Origin: an uncultured virus (IMG/VR IMGVR_UViG_3300015615_000325)
Taxonomy: Duplodnaviria; Heunggongvirae; Uroviricota; Caudoviricetes
IMG/VR virus record: IMGVR_UViG_3300015615_000325
Coordinates: 51,018 to 71,017 of that record
Reading direction: 5' to 3' (one strand)
DNA: 20,000 nt
Both the position numbers and the translations under genes were made by a program. Positions 14,991 to 20,000 of this stretch are shown here, one piece after another. Below the pieces are notes generated by a model. It ran no database searches, was not told the DNA's origin, and worked only from the letters and a program-made list of their open reading frames with translations. Each line of letters begins with the position of its first letter. Within the stretch, counting starts at the first letter, position 1.

Positions 14991-15185
14991 ATGTTGGTTC
15001 TCAGCAGGCAGCGCGACGAAGAAATCATGGTCGGCGAAATCAGTGTGAAGGTCGTTGACATCCGCGGTGACAAAGTTCGACTCGGAATCACCGCACCGCC
15101 TGACGTGATCGTGCACCGCAGGGAAGTGTACGACGCGATGAAGCGGAATCACGCAATCGCAGCAGCGAAGCAATCCGGCAAGTAG
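14991..15185 (+). CDS. csrA: Carbon storage regulator CsrA/RsmA (RNA-binding translational regulator)
   Basis: MLVLSRQRDEEIMVGEISVKVVDIRGDKVRLGITAPPDVIVHRREVY is a canonical CsrA sequence. GGAGG SD. Confidence 0.95.
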   Translation: MLVLSRQRDEEIMVGEISVKVVDIRGDKVRLGITAPPDVIVHRREVYDAMKRNHAIAAAKQSGK

Positions 15186-15231
15186 GCACGGACGTCGACC
15201 GTTGGCGCGGTCGGACAGACACGGAGGCAAC

Positions 15232-16146
15232 ATGGCGAGCGAGAAGCTCAAAATCCATCCCGTTTGCGAACTGTTCCCACCGATGAGCGCGGAGCTATTC
15301 GCGAAGCTCAAGGCGGACATATCGACGCACGGAGTGCGCGAGCCCATCGTGATTCACGAGCAGTTCATTGTCGATGGCAAGAACCGATTCCGCGCGTGCA
15401 ACGAACTCGGCATCGAGTGTCCAAGCAGGCCGTGGGAAGGCGGTGAGTCGCTGACACTGTGGGCGCTCTCGAAGAACCTGCATCGGCGACATCTCACACC
15501 CAGCGAGCGGGCGGTAATCGCACAAAAAATGGTCCCGCTGATAGAGGCCGAAACGAAGGCTCCGAAGCCCCGCAGTACCCCCGCAACCGTCGGCCAATCG
15601 CCCCGCCGTACAAATGCGGCGGATTCCCGCGAGCATGAACGCGATGCTGTGAAAACCGCCGCGTCTGCGGTCGGAGTGTCGTCGCGGCTCGTGTCGCAGG
15701 CCGACGCAGTCGCGAAAGCCGCCCCCGAGAAACTCGATGAGGTCGCCGCCGGCAAGAAGTCTGTCGGCAAGGCGTATCGCGAAGTTACGGCGCCGACGCC
15801 CGCGGAGCCCAGCGATTCGCCGCCCACCGATGGCCGCGGCAAGCCGGTCGAGGACAGGAAACTGTGGGAGGCGTTCCGCTCGGAATCGCACGAAGAGATC
15901 ATCCGGCAGTTGCGACGCGCCAAGGCGGACGCGAAGGCGCTCTGCGGAACGCCGCTCGGCGCACACCTGCAGCTCCAAGCCGTAACCGCTGACATCGACA
16001 ACGCGATCAACGCGATCAAGTTCGCCGCGCCGTACGCGCCGTGTCCGTACTGCAGGGCCGACGGGTGCAAGGTCTGCAAGAAAACCGGCTGGGTTGGAAA
16101 GACGGCGTTCGAGTCCGCTCCCCCTGAGAACAAGGCAGCGATCTAA
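15232..16146 (+). CDS. ParB/Srx-like N-terminal domain phage protein with C-terminal Cys cluster
   Basis: HPVCELFPPMS...LKADISTHGVREPIV...IVDGKNRFRAC...NLHRRHLTPSERA. C-terminal CPYC...CKVC...GW. GGAGG SD. Confidence 0.85.
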   Translation: MASEKLKIHPVCELFPPMSAELFAKLKADISTHGVREPIVIHEQFIVDGKNRFRACNELGIECPSRPWEGGESLTLWALSKNLHRRHLTPSERAVIAQKMVPLIEAETKAPKPRSTPATVGQSPRRTNAADSREHERDAVKTAASAVGVSSRLVSQADAVAKAAPEKLDEVAAGKKSVGKAYREVTAPTPAEPSDSPPTDGRGKPVEDRKLWEAFRSESHEEIIRQLRRAKADAKALCGTPLGAHLQLQAVTADIDNAINAIKFAAPYAPCPYCRADGCKVCKKTGWVGKTAFESAPPENKAAI

Positions 16147-17810
16147 TGAAACTGCGCGAATATCAATCACGATGCGTCGACGCCGTGCTGGACGAGTTCC
16201 AGCGCGTGTCATCAACGCTCGTCGTGCTGCCGACCGGCACGGGCAAGACCGTGATGTTCGCGCACGTGATTGATCGCATGCGGTCACGCGGCCGCTGCAA
16301 AGTGCTGGCACACCGCGAAGAGCTGATCTTCCAGGCACGCGACAAGATTGAGAAGGTCACGGGGATCCGGCCCGACGTCGAGATGGCATCAATGTGGGCC
16401 AGCGAACGCGGCCTGTTCGGTCAGAAGTCGCCAGTCGTCGTCAGCACGGTTCAGACGCAAAACGCCGGCGGCGACGGCGAGGGGCGCAAGGCTCGGTTCG
16501 ATCCGGATGAGTTCATCCTCGTCATCGTTGATGAGGCGCATCACGCCACGGCCGACAGCTACAGGAAGGTCATCGACTACTACCGCCAGAATCCGAAGCT
16601 CAAGGTGCTCGGCGTTACAGCCACGCCGGATCGGCACGACGAGGAAGCACTCGGCCAGGTGTTCGGGTCCGTCGCGTTCGAGTACGGCATCGTCGACGCG
16701 ATCGGCGACGGCTGGCTCACGCCGATCCGTCAGCAGGTGGTTTCGGTTTCCGATCTGGATCTGAGCCAGGTGCGGACGACAGCCGGCGACCTCAATGGTG
16801 CCGATCTCGCGAAGGTGTTGGAGTTCGAAAAGAACCTGCACGGCATGGTTTCGCCGACCCTCGAGATCGTCGGCGAGCGAAAGACGCTGATATTCGCCGC
16901 CTCGATCGCCCAGGCAGAGCGGATCGCCGAGATCATCAATCGCCACAAGCCGAACAGTGCTGAGTGCATCTTCGGGAACACCGAAAAGGACCGGCGCCGC
17001 GAGATCCTGCGGCAGTACGCGACCGGGATGTTTCAGTTCCTCGTGAACGTGGGAGTCGCGACCGAGGGTTTCGACGCGCCCGACATCGACGTCGTCGTGA
17101 TGGGACGGCCGACGGAGTCGCGGGCCCTTTACGCACAGATGCTCGGACGTGGAACGCGGCCACTGCCGGGGGTTGTTGATCCGATCGAATCGCCGGACGG
17201 CCGGCGGGATGCGATCGCCGCGAGCGCGAAGCCCTCGCTGCTCGTTTTGGACTTCGTCGGCAACGCCGGGCGTCACAAGCTGATCCACGCCGCCGACATT
17301 CTCGGCGGCAACTACTCAGACAACGTTGTCGCGCGCGCGAAGCGCGAGATCGAGCGCAAGGGGAAGGATGCGGACGTTTCGGAAGAGTTGAAGAAAGCCG
17401 AGCGCGAGCAGCGTGAGGAAGCGGCCAAGTTCGAAGAGGCGAAGCGCCGCACGCTCAAGTTCGGCGTGAAGCATACCGCTCGCGACGTGAACCCGTTCGA
17501 CGTGCTGGATTTGACTCCGGCCCGCGAGCCAGGTTGGCACCGCGGCCGAGAGCCGAGCCCGAAGATGATCGAGATGCTCGAAAAGCAGGGCATTCAGGAT
17601 CCGGAGCGGCTGTCGTTCGTTCAGGCCGGCCAGCTCTGCGGCGAGATCATCAAGCGGTGGAAAGAAAAGCGGCCGAGCTTTCGACAATCGCGACTACTTC
17701 AGCGCTTTGGTTACGAGACGAAGGACATGCTCGGTTCTGACGCGAAACGTCTGATCGACGCATTGAAAGCGAATGGATGGCGCAGACCGCCGGAAGAGGC
17801 GGTCGCCTGA
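16146..17810 (+). CDS. SF2 DEAD/DEAH-box helicase (ResIII/YejH-like)
   Basis: LREYQ, LPTGTGKT, LAHREEL, VDEAHH, GVTATPDR, TEGFDAP, QMLGRGTR, LDFVGN. Confidence 0.93.
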   Translation: MKLREYQSRCVDAVLDEFQRVSSTLVVLPTGTGKTVMFAHVIDRMRSRGRCKVLAHREELIFQARDKIEKVTGIRPDVEMASMWASERGLFGQKSPVVVSTVQTQNAGGDGEGRKARFDPDEFILVIVDEAHHATADSYRKVIDYYRQNPKLKVLGVTATPDRHDEEALGQVFGSVAFEYGIVDAIGDGWLTPIRQQVVSVSDLDLSQVRTTAGDLNGADLAKVLEFEKNLHGMVSPTLEIVGERKTLIFAASIAQAERIAEIINRHKPNSAECIFGNTEKDRRREILRQYATGMFQFLVNVGVATEGFDAPDIDVVVMGRPTESRALYAQMLGRGTRPLPGVVDPIESPDGRRDAIAASAKPSLLVLDFVGNAGRHKLIHAADILGGNYSDNVVARAKREIERKGKDADVSEELKKAEREQREEAAKFEEAKRRTLKFGVKHTARDVNPFDVLDLTPAREPGWHRGREPSPKMIEMLEKQGIQDPERLSFVQAGQLCGEIIKRWKEKRPSFRQSRLLQRFGYETKDMLGSDAKRLIDALKANGWRRPPEEAVA

Positions 17811-18089
17811 GTCGCGCTGGGTGCAACCCGCAGGGCGCGCAAAAGAAATTGCTGCGGGAGTAGTGACGGGCGGAAAGCTCGCGGTCACGAGGACTCAACA
17901 CGACGGCGCATCGCCTAGACGTTGATTCGGTGCGCATCCGAGACCTCTGATCGGCCCCGGCGTGGCAGCCACACAAGGCGGCGCTGCGGCAAACCCTCGA
18001 CCAACCGCTTTGCGACGTGGTTTCTCGGAAACCATTGGCGAAGGGGGGTGGGGGGGTAGTAGCCCGGGCGGGCGTTCTGAGGCGAATCG
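17811..18089 (+). other. Structured ~280-nt intergenic region with G tracts (candidate replication origin or ncRNA)
   Basis: Several stems (17863-67/17884-88, 17906-13/17928-35, 17937-43/18023-29, 18018-24/18028-34) and G6-T-G7 at 18043-18056, between helicase and primase genes. Confidence 0.4.
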
Positions 18090-18896
18090 ATGGTCAGGCC
18101 GGAAACCAAGTGGGTACGAGTGACACGCGCAGAGCCGTGCGTCGTGTGCAAGCGCCCCGATTGGTGCACTCGCGCTGCGGATGGCACAGCGGCGTGCTGC
18201 ATGCGCGTTGAGTCGCCGAAGTCGATGCGGAACGGCGGATGGCTTCACCGCCTGAGCGAGCCACTTCCGCCGGCACCGGCGCCGCGACGAGTCACTCCGG
18301 TCGTGACATCGGAAATCGGCGAGTTGGCGGACAAGTACGAATGGAGCGTTGGCCCCGACCGCTTGAAGTTGTTCGCGAAAACACTGGGCGTCTCGGCTAC
18401 CGCGCTGAGGAAGTTACATGTGGGTCACGACGGCGAGGCATGGACTTTCCCAATGAGAGAAGCGTCCGGGCGAGTCGTCGGCATCCGCCGGCGATTGCCA
18501 GACGGTCGCAAGTTCTCAGTAAAAGGTGGTCACGAGGGACTGTTCTTCGACCCGGCCGGAATCGACCTGCGCGACCAGGTGCTGATCCCCGAGGGCCCGA
18601 CGGACACAGCCGCACTGCTGTCGCTCGGTTTCGCTGCTGTCGGACGGCCGTCGTGTCTCGGTGGCAGGGAGATCGTCAAGCAGCTCGTCGGGCGTCGTGA
18701 CTGTGTAGTCGTCGCCGACTTCGACGAACCGGGCCGGCGTGGCGCGAAGGTGCTGGCGGGCGAATTGAAGCTGGTCGGGCGGGCCGTGCGAGTGATCAGC
18801 CCGGTCGCACCGCACAAGGACGTGAGGGCGTGGGTTCAGGCGGGTGCGAATCGGCTGATGGTCGAGTCGCTGATTCGGAACGCGGCGGTCGTATGA
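18090..18896 (+). CDS. DNA primase (N-terminal zinc finger plus TOPRIM domain)
   Basis: WVRVTRAEPCVVCKRPDWC zinc finger, FPMREASGRVVGIRRR, TOPRIM IPEGPTD and VVADFDEPG, KDVRAW. Confidence 0.88.
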   Translation: MVRPETKWVRVTRAEPCVVCKRPDWCTRAADGTAACCMRVESPKSMRNGGWLHRLSEPLPPAPAPRRVTPVVTSEIGELADKYEWSVGPDRLKLFAKTLGVSATALRKLHVGHDGEAWTFPMREASGRVVGIRRRLPDGRKFSVKGGHEGLFFDPAGIDLRDQVLIPEGPTDTAALLSLGFAAVGRPSCLGGREIVKQLVGRRDCVVVADFDEPGRRGAKVLAGELKLVGRAVRVISPVAPHKDVRAWVQAGANRLMVESLIRNAAVV

Positions 18897-19315
18897 ACGC
18901 GAATCTGAAACGAAGCATGTGGCGACGTGCGCGGCGAAGGATTCGATCGCTGCTGACCGAGCATGGCAGTCGCTGCCATTGGTGCAAAGAACCGATCGAG
19001 GTCGTGAACGTGAATGCGTTGCAGCGGGCAGGTCGAGGGTTGTATCGCACCGCAGGCGGGCGAATTGTTCGCGCCGCGACCGTCGATCACCTGATCCCGC
19101 TGAGCCACGGCGGCGACAACGACCGGCGGAATCTCGTACCGGCGTGCGAGCCATGCAATCACACGCGGCAGCCGAGTCCGCGAGCGGCCGGCGTGCGGTC
19201 AACGCGAGCGCGGACATTCGGCTCGATCTGCGTCAGGTGTCTCAGGCACGCGCCGATCGATGCGATGTTGTGCGAGAGCTGCAATCAGGAACTGACGAAG
19301 GCGGCGGTGGCGTGA
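18893..19315 (+). CDS. HNH endonuclease
   Basis: CHWC...TVDHLIPLSHGGDNDRRNLVPACEPCN plus an extra C-terminal CVRC...CESC. ATGA overlap with the primase stop. Confidence 0.9.
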   Translation: MNANLKRSMWRRARRRIRSLLTEHGSRCHWCKEPIEVVNVNALQRAGRGLYRTAGGRIVRAATVDHLIPLSHGGDNDRRNLVPACEPCNHTRQPSPRAAGVRSTRARTFGSICVRCLRHAPIDAMLCESCNQELTKAAVA

Positions 19316-19509
19316 TGCACGTGCTCTACATGGACATCTCGCCGCAAGAAGCCGAGCGGATCGCGAATCTGCTGCTCGTGATCTCTCAGAAGGTGCGCGA
19401 GAAGCCAGCGGAGCCGCGGGGTCTGTCGCACGACGCGAAGTTCGCGACGAAGCCGACGGACGGTGACGAGGACGCCCGGGTTGTTGTGACGGTAAGGCGG
19501 GAAGCATGA
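19312..19509 (+). CDS. Hypothetical phage protein
   Basis: GTGA/TGATG coupling to the HNH gene and ATGA coupling to the methylase gene. Confidence 0.6.
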   Translation: MMHVLYMDISPQEAERIANLLLVISQKVREKPAEPRGLSHDAKFATKPTDGDEDARVVVTVRREA

Positions 19510-20000
19510 CGGCTGACACTGTGAAAGCCCGACCTGGCGGAATCGGCGGTCATCACCACCGAACGCCGAACCGCACCGACGAGTGGCTGACGCCGCCGGA
19601 CATTCTTCGTGCGCTCGGGACATTCGATCTTGATCCGGCCTCGCCGCTTGTCAGGCCGTGGCCGACAGCAGCTCAGCACTTCACGAAGCACGACGACGGA
19701 CTGATGCGAGAGTGGCACGGGCGCGTATTCCTGAATCCGCCGTATGGCCGAATGACCGAAGCGTGGATCGAACGCCTCGCCCTTCACGGGAATGGAATCG
19801 CTCTGATCTTCGCCAGAACCGACACAACTTGGTTTCACCGCCTCGTATTCGGCCGCGCAGATGCGGTGCTGTTCATGCTGAGTCGGATTGCGTTCTGCCG
19901 ACCCGATGGTCGCCAGATGAAACACAACAGCGGCGGACCGTCGTGCCTCATCGCGTACGGCCAGCAAAACGTAGATGCACTCGGCGTCTGCGGAATCCCC
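19506..20000 (+). CDS. Phage DNA N6-adenine methyltransferase (Dam-type), truncated by the window end
   Basis: Not in the ORF track; translated by hand from ATG 19506: DEWLTPP...FDLDPAS...DDGL..EWHGRVFLNPPY...GIALIFARTDTTWF...RIAF. Confidence 0.92.
   Translation, partial: MTADTVKARPGGIGGHHHRTPNRTDEWLTPPDILRALGTFDLDPASPLVRPWPTAAQHFTKHDDGLMREWHGRVFLNPPYGRMTEAWIERLALHGNGIALIFARTDTTWFHRLVFGRADAVLFMLSRIAFCRPDGRQMKHNSGGPSCLIAYGQQNVDALGVCGIP

Larger units (their letters stand above)
2351..20000. mobile_element. Temperate phage/prophage immunity and early replication region (boundaries not visible)
   Basis: Divergent control region, translationally coupled operon of small ORFs, helicase-primase, HNH, phage Dam and ParB-like genes. 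No integrase, att site or structural gene in the window. Confidence 0.8.

Noticed and set aside
10690..19315. Similar C-termini (AAVAA, EAVS, EAVA, AAVV, AAVA) on several proteins
   Set aside because: Explained by SD-like GAGGCGG/GGCGGTGG sequences for translational coupling embedded in gene ends.
1..20000. tRNA, rRNA, integrase, transposase, reverse transcriptase or structural phage genes
   Set aside because: No recognisable motifs were found by eye in this window.

Overview
GC-rich window that reads as the immunity and early (recombination/replication) region of a temperate phage or prophage. The host is probably a Planctomycete (Phycisphaerae-like), inferred from a CxxCxYxMxGNxSGxCPECG zinc-finger protein and from the CsrA and LexA-like sequence styles. 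Left part (1-5700): accessory secreted or lipoprotein genes, a ~330-nt hairpin-dense intergenic locus, a beta-class DNA methyltransferase fused to an Mrr-like domain, and a leftward operon headed by a ribbon-helix-helix (RHH) regulator. An AT-rich divergent promoter region (5675-5790) separates this from a long, translationally coupled rightward operon: small HTH protein, putative single-strand annealing protein, SMC/Rad50-like ATPase with altered motifs, small phage ORFs, UvrD helicase, LexA-like HTH, TIM-barrel (PRAI-like) protein, CsrA, ParB-like protein, SF2 helicase, primase, HNH nuclease and a phage Dam-type methylase running off the window. The most unusual signals point to a possible RNA-level control system. 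An identical 16-nt loop sits in two otherwise unrelated hairpins 9.4 kb apart (2302-2317 and 11709-11724). UUGGCG hexaloop hairpins precede two early genes. A GGA-rich structured leader lies under a strong promoter antisense to the RHH gene, and ACGGA motifs recur at translation starts in an element carrying its own CsrA. There is also a low-GC gene cassette bounded by exact 21-bp RBS-containing direct repeats. All family assignments are by motif recognition only; no searches were run.
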